Shown: piece after piece, positions 1 to 13,820 of the stretch
How positions within the stretch are numbered: position 1 is the stretch's first letter
How the letters are laid out: the number at the start of each line of letters is the position of its first letter
Assembly: GCA_965644295.1 (NCBI GenBank)
Contig: CBFFRP010000281.1
Location: forward strand, 124,001 to 188,000
DNA from: Paraphysomonas bandaiensis
Taxonomy: Eukaryota; Protista; Chrysophyceae
DNA length: 64,000 nt
Direction of reading: 5' to 3'
Notes under the pieces: generated by a model
What the model was told of the DNA's origin: nothing
Database searches by the model: none
Seen by the model: only the letters and a program-made list of their open reading frames with translations
Made by a program: the position numbers and the translations under genes

Positions 1-1900
1 AGTTTACTACTCTTGGATTCAATGAAAGAGATAGAGTTCGACAGGAAAACCGCAGGAAAAAGGCTGAGCATGAGAAACGCATCGCAGAAGAGCAGGCTGC
101 AAAAGAAAAAGCGAAGGAAGATAAACGAGAGGCATATGTGAACTATGACTTCACACATGATGAATTCAGCTCTGCAATGGAAAAGCTAAAATACGCAGCC
201 AGTACTTATGATAGAAATCACCCCTCTGCTGTCAGTCTAGACGGGTTTCAGGGTGCTAGCTTAAGTCCCGGTATATTTCGCGAAATGTTGAAACGAACTT
301 TTAACATCAAGTTGACTCCCGGAGAATTGGGGGCAGCAGTGAAGTTTTTTGACAGCGATGGCGATGGCACTATTGACACTGCAGAGTTCCTTAAGCACTT
401 TTTTAAATTGCAGCGAGTGGAGCGGTCCAATGTGAGACGAAGAAGAATTCAGGCTGAAAGGGAAGTTCAAAAAAAGTTGGAAGATGAAGTTGCAGAGAGG
501 TATTGTTATTTTTATTATAATATGGTATTTTAGTAATATGCTTTTGCAGAGTACGAGCTAAAGCTATTGAGGATGAGCATAAAATGAGTTTCGGACCAGA
601 AGATGAGAAATCACTAATGAAGAAGCTTTCTGCTTTATCGGAAAACTTTGCGGTGGATAGCTCGTCTTTTGTGGGGCCAATGCAGGTTGAAGTAGTTGAT
701 ATATTTGTGTTCTTCATGTGTAATTGTGGTATGTGATTTTGTAGTCTCTGAAGGGTCCTGCTCTTCCACCTATAGCATTCAAAGAGGTTTTCTACAGGAT
801 TTTTCTAGTGCGGTTGACATTCCCTGAGATAGGCGCCTTGATGAGTGTTCTGGATGAAGCTGGAACAGGATCTATTGACGGTACGAAATTTATGAACGCC
901 TTCTTTAGACTAGGTAAGTCAAGATGAAGAATGTATATCTATTTTGTTAGGTTTCATGTCGATAGGTCGACTACAAGAAAAGGCACTCTTTGGTGAGATA
1001 AAGGTCGATATGAGTACGCTAGACTGTCTACGCCCTCAGGCATCATCACCTGGTAGCTTGTTCGAATCCATGGGATCAACATCGAAGTCTCGTGGTTCCA
1101 CTCGTGGCACCACAAGGAGCGGCCGCAGTGACGAGTTTCCAAAATCCAGGTCTGTGGAAGACTTACGGAATACTGGTATACAGGCCTCAGAAGAGGACAT
1201 TGAATCCTTTACCAAGGTCACAGTGGGCCAAAGTTGGGTACTGCCTAATGTGGTGACGAAGAAAAGGCCGACATCTGGCGAATGCAGTGAAGAGGATTCA
1301 AGAGTGAGTAGTGCAAAGAAACCTGTTAAGGTTAATGGAATTGTAGAAGAATCATTCGACGATTTTGAGCCTTTCATTGTTGTACCCCGATCACCGGACT
1401 CTCCATCGAAATTCAGGCCCAATTTGAAGGAGTTCCCAATGCCGGAAACTGGCCCTCCAACAGGAAACAATAAAAAGGCAGCAACATACAAACAAGCTAA
1501 GAAAATGTCAGCCACAGTTCCGCCTCCTAAAAAGTCACGCTCTGTGGATGGATCTGAGGGAAAGAATGTCCAGTTTCAAGGTATCACTCTTAAGAAGACT
1601 ACCTTAAGTAAGAAAGAGGCCAGTCGACTGCACTTAAATAAAGGCGATCGCTCGTTTTCTGATGCCTCAGGATTAAGATCTCCGGGTGACCCTGCTTCTC
1701 CTTACTCTTCCAAGCCGCCCAGTAGACAGCAGAGACAGAGAACAAAAAAACCGAAGCAAGAGGAACCAGAGCGCAACAGTGGAACATTTTACTTCCCTGC
1801 ATTATTATCTAGTGCACCAAGCATAAACCTTGCTCCAGTTGGACAAAGCATAATTGAGGAAGAGAATATGTTACTTTACGAGAGCACGGATTTCTTTTGA
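1..1900 (+). CDS. EF-hand domain protein with long disordered C-terminus (5' end outside window; introns about 500-549, 686-744, 914-965)
   Basis: EF loops FDSDGDGTIDTAEF and LDEAGTGSIDGTKF. GT-AG introns join the ORF pieces in frame. Confidence 0.8.
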
Positions 1901-4161
1901 TTCTGTCTATAGCAAGACAGTATAGTGTAGTTCAGTTTTGTGTTGAATATGTCAATTTTACATATTTATGTTGAAAAGTTAGTGTTGTTGTAATAAATGT
2001 TTAGATAATTGAAATGTACAACCAGTTTCGACTACAGCTACCGGTATTTTTATGCATAAGCACGACTTTTTCTTCATGTTATTCGGCATCTTTGTGGCCA
2101 AAGACTGCGGTAACCCGTCAAACTTTGCTCATGCATGCATGGCAATAGAAAAGTGCGAAAATCTGTTACGTCATACCACACGTCTACCACCTAGTCTCTG
2201 TTTCTCCTGGCCCAGATCATTGAGACTGTAACAAGGCTCTGGCAAAGTGTGTTATCCAAGCATCCAAGCAGTGTGAGGTGTGAGATCATTTTGGTGTTTT
2301 TAGTTACACGTTTCTTAGTTACAATTACAACGCACTCTACATACACATATATGAATATAGCGTCGCACCTTGGTGTTTGTGGCGACGCACAAGCAGTTCT
2401 CGTAGCGCTAAATGGTAGGATATCAGAGCTTGCAGTTGTTAGTAAATGATAGATGTCTATCTCTAGCCTCTGACTAGATTGTTCATCTAGCTACTATAAT
2501 ATGGTTCTGACTCTTGAACACCTATTGCTAAATAAACAGACACCTACTCAGGGTACAAAGACGTCTACACAAGTTACACTTATACTTGTATCTCTTGTAC
2601 CACAAAGAAATTGGGCAGAACGTTATCTGTTGTCTATGTTTGAGGCTCACTTTTTAGTTACCCGAAAAAATCTCCCCAGTGCTTATCCCCCAGAACACCA
2701 CGAAAAGGTGCAAATCAAACATTGTTTCGGGTTGCTCAGTAGGTTTTCATCCGAGCGGAGAAGGTGCAAGATTTTCTACTACCATAAACCATTTGGGAGG
2801 AGAGTTCAAGGTAGACGCATGTACTGGACGAGTGCACACAATGATAGATTTTGGTAGTGCCCAACAGACTGCCTGCTACTGAAAATTGTTAACTCCACCT
2901 TGAAGGGTCTTAAAGATCTGCCGCATATACATATTACGAAGACACGGACCGCAAGTTTTGTAGTGTCAGTACAAGTAGAATAGACAGGACTGTATGATCC
3001 GGCTTGTATGATCCAATGTAGCAAGCAAAACCATGTTGTATAGTCTGTCGATGCCTGCAACAATAACTAGATGAAAGGCATGTTATACCTAGTGTCACGG
3101 GAGTTGTTAAGTTAGATGCGGCAGGGTACCAGCTTGTGCTGCTTCACAATCATACGTTAATACATACTATCTATCATCAACATTACTACTTGTGACAGGT
3201 TTACTACTACTAATAATAATCAATGCGAGGTAAAATTTATTGCTGGATAAATATCTCTTACATATATTGCGTCCCATATAGGCAAAGGGAGGGGGAAATA
3301 TATTGGATTGCAAAATATTACAATTACTTATTTGTGCTCGCTACAGTATATTTTATTTTATTTCAGCAAAATTGTGCCTTGTATTGTATTGATATATATA
3401 TATATTGCACATGCTCGTGTGTCTTAGAAAATATACTAGAATAATCATAGACTACTATTCATAATCACATAACTCATCTACTTTTATAATATCAAACAAT
3501 TATGATAACTAGCTGCAACGTAGTGGCAAATTTAAGAAGCGCTGCTGCTGCATTTGAAAGCCACAGAGCTACCCAGAAGTGACGGCGACAGCTCGATACT
3601 CAATATCGATCGACCAAGATTATTGGCCTTTAAATATTATTATTATATATTGCAATATGTTGTTGTCGCCCCCTGCATATAGGTACAAGACAATAAAAAC
3701 GATTAGCTAGAGTTGGACTGCAAGAAGCAGAGTGTAGACAAATATTCTATGGATAGTACTGTGTAGCTGTCACTTTTCTTTGAGCGAAGAATCTGATGTT
3801 AATGCTTTTCTTACATGACTCAACTAAGACTACTAACTTCAAGCTCCTTCTTACTTACTATTATCCATTTGTTATCTTTTTATCTTAAAGACTCTATAGC
3901 TTATAACTCTATAGTAAGGGTGTGTATCATTTGTAGATGCATATTAGATTTTAAGAATAATGTTTGAACAGTAACGAGGTTTGCGAGTTATACTCAACAG
4001 TGGTACTAGGAGTATTTTATCTGTGTTGGAGCCAGTATACAATTACAAGAAAACTATTGGGAATGGAGTGCCCTACTTCCCCACAATGAGATTTATATAT
4101 AGGAAATAGTAACGAGATGATGGTTAGTTACAGCTCATGGCAATACCGACAACAACTCAAT

Positions 4162-4630
4162 CTAATAGTCGCTTCCGCCTCCGCCGAACATGTCCATTCC
4201 ACCCTCAAGGGCGTCAACCTCTTCCTCAACAGGCTTGGCAGCAGGAGCAGCATCAGCAGCAGCACCGGCATCTATATCATATATTATTATTATTAACAAA
4301 TCATATCATTACATACCAGCAGGTCCAGTTGCAGTAGCAGCAACAGGTGCAGGAGCTGCACCCCCACCACGTGCAAAGATAATCTTTCCACAATCATTAG
4401 CAAGTGTTGCAGCAAACATACTTGGCCAATATGGTTGTACAGTATTATTTGTTGCATGAATTAATGTACTAATTTGATCAGCAGTTATATCAGCCTGTAA
4501 TTATATATATATACATCTATTAGTCACTGTAACTGTGTATATACATATATATACATACCCCTCCATCGAATAGAGCCATAGTGGCTAAACTTGTTACAAA
4601 TTCATCTTTTTCTTCACCTACGAATGACAT
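4162..4630 (-). CDS. RPLP1: 60S acidic ribosomal protein P1 (introns 4495-4558 and 4272-4316)
   Basis: Manual translation: MSFVGEEKDEFVTSLATMALFDGG-ADITADQISTLIHATNNTVQPYWPSMFA, an Ala/Pro hinge, then EEEVDALEGGMDMFGGGGSDY*. Missed by the ORF track because of the introns. Confidence 0.92.
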
Positions 4631-4729
4631 TTCTGGAATCAAATTAAGGCAATGCCGGAAACCAAATTATGTTATCGTATATGTAAGAATTAATGAAGAG
4701 ATGAGGGAGGTGTATGTATATACCACACC

Positions 4730-5115
4730 TACCATACATACATGCGTAGCATCCCTATATACCATACATACACACACATACATACCATACGTACATACAT
4801 ACATATACATACATACATACATACATACATACATACATTCATACCATACGTACATACCATAGCTACACATACATATATACATATATACCATCCATACACA
4901 TACGTATATCCATACATACCATAGCTACACATACAAGGTATATACATATACCTACCTACTACCTATACATACTGTACATACATGCATACATACATACATA
5001 CATACATACATACATACATACATACATACATACATACATACATACATACATACATACATACATACATACATACATACATACATACATACATACATACCAT
5101 ATCGTACATACGTAC
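4730..5115. repeat. (CATA)n microsatellite and degenerate flanks in the RPLP1/LUC7 divergent intergenic region
   Basis: Pure TACA run at about 4986-5096 with degenerate units around it. Confidence 0.97.
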
Positions 5116-5628
5116 ATAACCACACACGTACTGCTGTGTATGTAGTAAGAAAAAACACACAGAACCACATATCTATTCTGGTTTTAATAGATGTGATCTT
5201 CAGTAGTCAAACTGAAAATATAGATTGTATAGAGATACTGCGATACATTACGTAGCATGTACTGCTGTAGATATGCATCCATATATATAGATATCTGCTG
5301 TATGCTGTATGCTGTATGTATATATATGTAGCATACAGCCCTATCATGTACACAGTACAGTAGTAGATGTGTCTATATACATGTATGTATGGATGGATAT
5401 ATATATACATTGCAACATATATCAACACACACTTATATATATATACATATATACACATCATAATAACAATATATCTACAATCAAATATATATACTTTCAA
5501 AATCTCTTTTATATCATATCTATTGTGTATAATTACTGATTATTACTACCTCCATTGCACATAATATCGTCTATTATCATACATATAGTCATCCAATGGG
5601 GAAATTTAGGGACACACCACTATCAGAA

Positions 5629-6966
5629 ATGGTAATAGTCTCATTAATATCAATTACAATAATTAAATTATATTATAGGATTCACAAAGGGCTTTATTAG
5701 ATTCATTAATGGGTATTAATCGTAATCAAGATAGAGAAGATGAGGAAGTTAAGAGTTATAGGGATGAACGTGTATGCAAGTTTTACTTATTAGGATTATG
5801 TCCTCATGGTATATATATATATATATATGTTGTATTGTATATATAATAATGATGATGTAGATTTATTTGGTAACACTAAAATGGATCTTGGATATTGTGA
5901 GAAAGTTCATTCGGATGATTTTAAAGCTGATTTTGAAAAGGACCCACGAGAACGTAACCATTATGAGAGAGAACTGGAAAGAGAGCTGATGTCATATGTA
6001 TCTGAGGCAGATAGGAAGATAAGAAGAGCACGTGAGAGGCTAGAAGACGATAAAGGGAAATCGAGTGAGGTTGAGTCGAACCCTCATATTGTACGGATAA
6101 CAAACGACATTATACGGTTTACAAACGAAGCGGAGGAGGCCGGAAACGCGGATAATATAGATAAGGCCCAAGAGCTCATGACTCGTGTAGAAGGTCTGCA
6201 CATGGAAAGACAAGCACTCATGGTGAGTGCCATTTATATGCATTTGCAGAATGTACTACAACTACGAATTACATGTCACGCACCCCATGTATCCTATATA
6301 TTTCAGAAAGTGTTGATTTGGTTTCAGGCACGTCTTGTGGATGAGCGACAAGCCGCGCAGTTGCGAACAGGGTTGGATGTGAATGACAAACTGAGGGTAT
6401 GCGATGTGTGTGGAGCATTCCTATCAATCTACGATAGCGATAAGCGACTGGCTGATCACTTTCTGGGAAAGCTTCATATTGGATACCAGGTAATGAGAGA
6501 CAAGCTTGATGAAATTGCGAAGCGCAAAGAGGAAGAACGTGCACGACGCAGGGGAAATGAAAGGAGCAGAGACCGTGGTGAGAGAGATACGGGTATATAT
6601 GGGCCTTCTGCAACTAAAGACAGAGATGATAAGGACAGAGGAAAGTCTGACAGGGACAGAGAAGACGGAGAAAGAGGCAGGTCAGACAGAAATCGGTCGA
6701 GAGACAGGAGCAGGAGTGGGCGAGCGAGAAACGATAGGGACAGGAAGCGATCCAAAGACAGAGATAACAGACGAAGTAGACGGGAACGAAGCAGAAGTTC
6801 TAGCGCAGGAAGCGCAAGCAGTGCACTTGCTCGCCGTGAAGAGCGACGTCGAGCCAGAGACAAAGACAGAGGACGGGACAAGGACAGAGGGCGAGACAAA
6901 GGCAGAAGTCGAAGTCGTAGTAGAGGGAGTCGTAGACGGCGCCGTGACAGAAGTTACTCTCATTGA
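5629..6966 (+). CDS. LUC7: LUC7-like U1 snRNP splicing factor with RS/RD tail
   Basis: Spliced N-terminus M-DSQRALLDSLMG...VCKFYLLGLCPHDLFGNTKMDLGYC; second zinc finger VCDVCGAFLSIYDSDKRLADHFLGKLH. Introns at about 5632-5678, 5809-5860 and 6223-6327. Confidence 0.93.
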
Positions 6967-7162
6967 TAGGAGGTATATGTGTGAGGACCATTTTCTACAT
7001 GGTGAAATGCCTTTCCTGACTGAAAGCTATTACTCGTTGCATATTCATGTGATAATGAAGTACCAGTCTTTCTGCTTTTGTAACATTTAATTCAAATGCG
7101 CTATGTTATCGTGATTGTTACTTAGTTTTTAGTTCAGTTAAGACTCTCTACCTATTACCTGT

Positions 7163-7255
7163 CAGGGCCTGGTAACCGTTAATGGTAATGCCATTATAAT
7201 TACCGGGAACGCACTGGACTACCATTAATGGACCATTAACGGTTACCAGACCCTG
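7163..7255. mobile_element. 93-bp hAT-like MITE
   Basis: TIRs CAGGGCCTGGTAACCGTTAATGGT / ACCATTAACGGTTACCAGACCCTG. Flanks TTACCTGT / TTACATAT match 6/8, consistent with a decayed 8-bp TSD. Confidence 0.7.
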
Positions 7256-7575
7256 TTACATATGCACTTGCCTACCACCTACTACATGGCATACTACATA
7301 TACTATTGACAATTCAACATATTGTTCTTGTTCCCTAGCCGTGCTATATATTTCTTCATTTTCCATGGTCGATGAACTGTACCTAGATTTGTATCCATTT
7401 GTACGTATGTACTATTTGTAGCTTTGAGTCTAGAACGAATCTATCTGCATAAAAAAAACAACTCGACTTTTCAACAGTAGTTAAATAATAATAGGCGCGT
7501 GTAGTGCGATGTATTATTAGAGTCTTATAACAACACTCACAGTACTCTCAACACGTTACGAATACGTCAGTAACG

Positions 7576-8364
7576 TTAGTCTTTCTTTTTGTTCTTCTTG
7601 CCAATAATATAGGATTCAATGAAGAACTTAATGAAGAAAACCGTGTACACTGGCACCATGCCGTATGGAAGTAAAAATTCAATTAAGTGATTTTTCGGGA
7701 AATCAATATAGGCAGGACAAGAGGATGGAGATATGTGCCATATATAGGTTACGGTTACCAACTGCACAATCTGCGCCGCTGTGATTAGAGGTCTCATCAC
7801 TTTCGGAAGTCGAAATGCATAATGGTAGTACATTAATGTATGCACAAACCCATTGAATAGCATACCAGATTTTTCTGTTCCTGGGAAATTTTCAACAAGA
7901 AGAAACAAGAAAAAGGTTGTTGCATGATGATAGCAGTGCAGGAATCCAATTTGATTAACAGATCTTCCCTTCCATATATCAATCGCTGTATCTCCCCACT
8001 CCCATATTTTAGAAAGAATAAATGATAATGATAACAAACGTAACCATTCAGGTAAAGGATTACAAAGATACGCTTGCAAATTATGAATTTCTCCAGATAG
8101 AAATAAATAATAAAGTGTTGAAAAACAGCATATAGCTGAATAAAAACACAACAAACAAAAATGAATTTTAGCATAATATTGTAATTTTAATTTTCCTTTA
8201 TCAGATATGGGTCTCATTGAGGGTAAAATGATGTATATAAGTAGTGTATAGATGAGGACTGATCCACATGCAAGTATAGCCGGATAAGGGCTCTGAAGAG
8301 ATATATGCCAGTTAATCCATGGTACATGAATGTCTAGACTGTTGAAAGTAAAAGAGTAATGCAT
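7576..8364 (-). CDS. ELO/GNS1/SUR4 family fatty acid elongase
   Basis: Motifs SKIWEWGDT, FLHCYHH, NGFVHTLMYYHY and TAAQIVQ; several TM helices; lysine-rich C-terminus. Confidence 0.92.
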   Translation of the reverse strand: MHYSFTFNSLDIHVPWINWHISLQSPYPAILACGSVLIYTLLIYIILPSMRPISDKGKLKLQYYAKIHFCLLCFYSAICCFSTLYYLFLSGEIHNLQAYLCNPLPEWLRLLSLSFILSKIWEWGDTAIDIWKGRSVNQIGFLHCYHHATTFFLFLLVENFPGTEKSGMLFNGFVHTLMYYHYAFRLPKVMRPLITAAQIVQLVTVTYIWHISPSSCPAYIDFPKNHLIEFLLPYGMVPVYTVFFIKFFIESYIIGKKNKKKD

Positions 8365-8454
8365 TTTTTATAGTGTTTAATAGGATTGGAAAGATTTGTA
8401 ATGTGTTTATATAAACCTCATACTCATATCTATCATATACTTATATCTGCATGC

Positions 8455-8455
<1 letters not shown>

Positions 8456-8485
<30 letters not shown>

Positions 8486-8830
8486 TGTATGTATGTATGT
8501 ATGTATGTATGTATGTATGTATGTATGTATGTATGTATGTATGTATGTATGTATGTATGTATGTATGTATGTATGTATGTATGTATGTATGTATGTATGT
8601 ATGTATGTATGTATGTATGTATGTATGTATGTATGTATGTATGTATGTATGTATGTATGTATGTATGTATGTATGTATGTATGTATGTATGTATGTATGT
8701 ATGTATGTATGTATGTATGTATGTATGTATGTATGTATGTATGTATGTATGTATGTATGTATGTATGTATGTGTGTATGTATGTATGTATGTATGTATGT
8801 ATGTATGTATGTATGTATGTATGTATGTAT
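8456..8830. repeat. (TATG)n microsatellite, about 370 bp
   Basis: Near-perfect tetranucleotide run. Confidence 0.99.
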
Positions 8831-8989
8831 ATCTCTGGTATACCGTATATGTATGGGGTATAGTCTCCTTGTCTATTCTTTGAAGGGCATATCACTATAA
8901 CCACATTCACCCCCCCTCTATATCCTCATCATCCAACCCTATCACCTCACCTCTTTCTATATCTTCTCATAATAACTATACAGATAAAC

Positions 8990-10649
8990 ATGGCTCATGT
9001 ATCAGTACGATGTGAAAGAGCACGTATACTTGCTGGAAAACGTCATATACAAACATCTGAAGTATTAGAAGTAATGCGTAAACATGATTTAATGGATATA
9101 TTACGAGTAAAGTGTGATGGTGATTTAGGGCAGGTAATGAACAGAGTTTTTCATAGTTTAAATTATATTTTAATTAGTAACTATATAACGCACTATGTTA
9201 TATATAACGACTATACATACACACTCTGTTAATGTAACTACTATACTCTGTTAGTATGACTACTATACATATACCACTATACTATGTATAACTACTATAC
9301 ATAACTACTATACCCTGTTTATATAACTACTATATATATAACTACTTTGCTGTTTAGATAGCAACTATATATAAAACTACTTTACTCTGTTTATATAGCA
9401 ACTATGTATAACTTCTATACTCTCTTTGTATAACTACTCCGTTTATATGATTACTATTAATTGTTTTTTATGAAATTTTATATTATTTTTGTTTAATTTA
9501 TATGTGTAATATCTTATATTTTAGTTAACATATATGCTCACGTCGACACAAGTAACAGCCCCGAATCAAAATCAGTGTTCTGAAGATGGCGGCATAGAAG
9601 AAGAAAAACGATCCAATAGCAATCTTATGCATGTTGGGAGTGATGATATTCTTATTCAAGATAGAGGTAGTAGTAACAGTTCAAAAGGGGGCTCAGAGGT
9701 CGACCGCTCGAACAGCTCAGACCCAATCGTGGCCCCACCAATGAAGTTCTCTTATGACGAAATGGATATCGCCCAACCTGTAGCTCTTCCTGGCATGGTG
9801 ATCTCTTCTTCTGGTCTTAGTAAACTGGCATCTAATAGCGATAGCAGTCATGGATCAATTGATGAGCGGCCTTCAGAAGGTTTGAAGAAAGGGAAGAAAG
9901 GCTCGTTTTTATCGCGAGCCCTCTTTGGGTTGATATCTAGCGACAGTAGCCACGCTGAGCACGAGAATGAGATGGAGGTAGGCAACACCACACAAATTCA
10001 GCACGATATTGAGTCTGGTGTCGAAGTGGGCACCTCTAGTGCCCCCAGCAGCGAGTTATCATCTAAAGGTGCCGCAGCTCCCCCCTCCGCCACAAGTAGT
10101 AGTAGCAGGCGGAATAGCACAGCGACGACTGAGAGAGAACTAGAAAGGAAGAAAAGTATCACTAGTGCAAGAAATATTGCTAGGGAGGCTATGGCAGTAG
10201 CTAATACGAAGCGCCAGTCGCTCATGTCTCGCCTAGACACGCATAAGCAGGCCGGACAAACAGCTGATAGCCAGGATGCTGACGAGGACCGGGTCAAGCA
10301 TGAAGGTATATCAACAGCGAAGCCACCTTCTAGTATACCTGCGAGAGAGAGAGATAGTAGTATTGTGGGAGAGGAGAAGACGGCAAGACAATTTGGCGGT
10401 CATGGTCAACAACCGGAGAAGCTCCAGGAGAAACCCATTATGCGTTTCTACTCCTATAAGGAACTGCGTCGTGACCCTACAACGAAAGAATTACGAGATA
10501 GCTTTCCTTCTGATGTTTCAACCAAACACCGTGAACAGTATTTGGCTGATGCCGAATTTGAGTCCATATTCAACATGAAGAAGAGTCAATTTAATTCCCT
10601 TCCGGCCTGGCGACAAGCAGAGCTCAAGAAACAGCACCACTTGTTTTAA
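8990..10649 (+). CDS. Villin-headpiece domain protein (intron 9134-9524)
   Basis: C-terminal REQYLADAEFESIFNMKKSQFNSLPAWRQAELKKQHHLF is a villin headpiece. A 144-nt exon 1 splices in frame to 9525. Confidence 0.82.
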
Positions 10650-11075
10650 TTATAAGATTTTGTGTGGCTGTTCTGAAATGCGTATGTATATTGTGTGTAT
10701 CAAGAAATTAACCATGATGAATATGTCGTGAGATATACACCATCTCCCTAGTTGTTTCATATGATAATATTGCCTTTGAGGGTAAGCTGGTTTTCTTACT
10801 TACGATAACTAATGAGTAATTAGCGTATTAAAGATCTGTGTATCTTCCAACGTAAAAGCCACTTTAGTTCAGCGGAGATACTGGATGTTGGAGTGAGTGA
10901 AGTTATAATATAGTGAATGCACATGTGACCTTAAACAATAATTCATGCGACAGTTGAAGCTGTCGTATTCGATATGTCTCGGTAAATACATATCGCCAAA
11001 AGGAGGTATCTCTTCCATTTCCAGTTTTTTAAAATTGTGCGCACATAAAAAACTGTAACAAAATTGATACCAATC

Positions 11076-11419
11076 TGTTGAGTTCTGCAATATGATGTGA
11101 TATATATTGTGCAATTGAAGTGAGTTAACAGTGTGCAATAGGTAAAGTCAACTCATAGGTGTAACGGGTGATTATAGTTACAAAGGAATTAAATTCAGTT
11201 ACTGATGTGTGACTATACAAGATATAGAACTGACTGATGAACATATGATAAACAGGTGTTGCTGGGAACAGATGTTTCAACATATGTTACACGAATATGT
11301 AGTGAAGTGTTCAGAATAATAATTATAATTTCTTACTTGAAAGTGCATTGTGTTCAACAGCAAGGTTACGGTTTACGCGTAGAGCAAAGTTAACTTCAGT
11401 GAAATGTCCTATGTTAACA
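11076..11419 (+). repeat. 5' LTR
   Basis: Identical by eye to 14907-15250. Confidence 0.97.
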
Positions 11420-13820
11420 TGGTAGCGAGTGGTAGCTCTGATGAGGCGATGGAGGACAGCAAGGTGCTGAAGTTTGACAAGTGAAACGACACGTGTGTTG
11501 TAACGATTTGGGAGGCATGTGAACATGACGCAGATGTATTGGAGGGTGCCAACATATACATGGAGGCGACTCCCACATGATGATCCCAATAAGGAAGCTT
11601 TGTCCAATCATATGCTTCAAACGCTTGTGGATAGGTCTAGGAGTGAGTTGGGAGTAGTAGTCCAAAAGACTACAGCGAAATACCAGCTTGTAAATATTGG
11701 CCAATGATATGGACGAAATAGAGATTGATAGGCTGAAATGTATTTTCTACTAAAACTGCCTTCTACACTGAGCAGAGCAGCAGAGCAGTGCAGCTGTTCA
11801 TAGATAACGAGCAGGAGTGCTGAACATACACATGAACAGAGACAGAGACAGAGTTCATCGGCGGAATGGTGCTAATATGTAGATGATGATGTCTCATCTG
11901 GAGGGGAGTCCAATAAGATAGAATCTGATGGTGAAGTGCTTATGACTGAAACAGTAGACCAACGAGTGTATCTAGACAGTTGTGCCGGAAAGCAGCTATT
12001 CATTGTTGTTAAAGATCATAGAGTGCTAGAGAAATATTATGAAGCAGAGCCAGGAGTCATATCTCTGACGAAGAAGGGGTCAGCAATGGAGACTCAAGGA
12101 GTAGGAAGCTTTCAACACTGGCAAAAGAGAAGGCATCAAAGTATGTGAAGATGCGGTGAAGAATATTGTCTCAGGCGGAATGCTGCGGGCACTGGTGTGT
12201 GGATTGGAACTACTTAGAGTTCTGAGAATTGTAGAGTTAAACACTGGTAGAGAGGTGCTGGCTGGAGACTATGATGAGCATGGAGGAATGCCATGGGAGG
12301 CACTATATAATATTATGACGTTTTGAATTTGCCTATTATTACGTCATCATGCCATCATGTAATGGAGGAAAATGCCAAGGAGGACAGTAAAGTTAGTGGA
12401 TGTTGCCTTATGAGTGTGTTCCTGGGAGGAAAGGTGCCCGAGTTATCCTGGTTGATGAGAGGAAATGGGGGTGCAAGGCGTATGTATTAGTCCCGAAGGC
12501 CGATAGACGGAAAGACTGGGAGGAAAAGGCACAAACAGGATATTTTGTGGGTTTCCCAGATGAGCAGATGGGGTATCAAGTGTTGATAGGAGATACAATA
12601 GTCACGTCTGTTCATGCCTGTTTGATGTATCAGTGCCCTAGAGATCGGCTGAATACTACCGAGAAATGGACTAAGCCACGGTGGCAGTGGTTCCTCAGGG
12701 AGGAGTGTTATCGACAAAACCCATGTGAAGATGGCGGCCAACTGTACAACAAGACCACGCGAATATAGATTCGGAAAGAGGTCTAACTGTGGGATATAGA
12801 TCCCTGATGTCAGGTGGTGAGGAGCAACTGGAAGTTAAGACTCCTATTCACATCATCGCGGATGAGTGAAGACCTTGTGACAAGAGTATCTGCTAGTTCT
12901 GGATCTCGTGACGACGGGACCAGCGGACATTTATTACAGCAGTTGACTGGGACGGTTCCATCCCCTTCTGACTTCGTAAGTGCTCCGGGAGAGGAAGCTC
13001 CATCAGATCGCTCAACTAGGGGCAGGCGCACAAGGGCTCCAAGGGTAGCGACGAATGTGTCAGTAGTAGGTGAGAAGCACGTATTACCTTCGTGTGACGA
13101 AGTGGAGTGCAGCCTACTAGAGGAGGCAAATTCCATCTGGTGCTCGTCAGCGGGACCTAAGGTGCCTCAGACATATTCCGAATTCTTGGAGTTGCCGGAA
13201 CGGAAGCAATGGAGTTCAGCCAGGCTGAATGTGACGAACTGGAACGAAGGGAAGTAATGGAAGTTAAGCCCATACCTACCCCAGTGTCACTCCATTGACA
13301 GCAAGACAGGCTGAGCGTGACAGACTGGAACGAAGGGAAGTAATGGAAGTTAAGCCCATCATCCCTACCCCAGTGTCACTGCAATTGGAATCCTGAGTAT
13401 GTCTTTGCTTTGAAACGCAACAAGGAGGGTGCGATTCCACGATAGAAAGCAAGACTTGTGGTACTTGGATGCGGAGGCCATGAGGTTGGTAGAGCCAACA
13501 ATTATACTCCAGTGGTAAAAGCGGTAACAGTAAGATTGCTATTAGCTATCGCGTTTGTTATGAATATGGTGGTGCATCAACTCGACGTATCTAATGCATT
13601 CTTGTATATGCAGATATAAAAGGAGATGTGTGTATAAGTATGCAACACCAGCAGATTTCAAATTGCCACCAGGATATTGCTTTAAACTGAAGAAAAGTTT
13701 ATATGGTCTTCGAAGCTCACCACAGTCATGATGATAATATGCTGAGAGCATGTCGAGATACGAATATTATTTTGGAAATTAAGCGACGAGTATGTGAAAG
13801 GTTTGATATTACAGATATGA

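Noticed and set aside
2000-3200. Short ORFs in the intergenic region, also at 40300-41850
   Set aside because: No recognisable motifs; probably decayed TE or non-coding DNA, and cannot be assigned without a search.
3280-3676. Possible decayed hAT-family MITE (GGGGAAATATATTG ... ATATTGCAATATGTTG...CCCCTG); a similar end lies at about 7320-7343
   Set aside because: The termini are too degenerate and there is no TSD; not supportable as a feature.
4581-5564. Many MYVC/HTYI ORFs here and at 8386-8910 and 18101-19373
   Set aside because: These are translations of tetranucleotide microsatellites, not genes.
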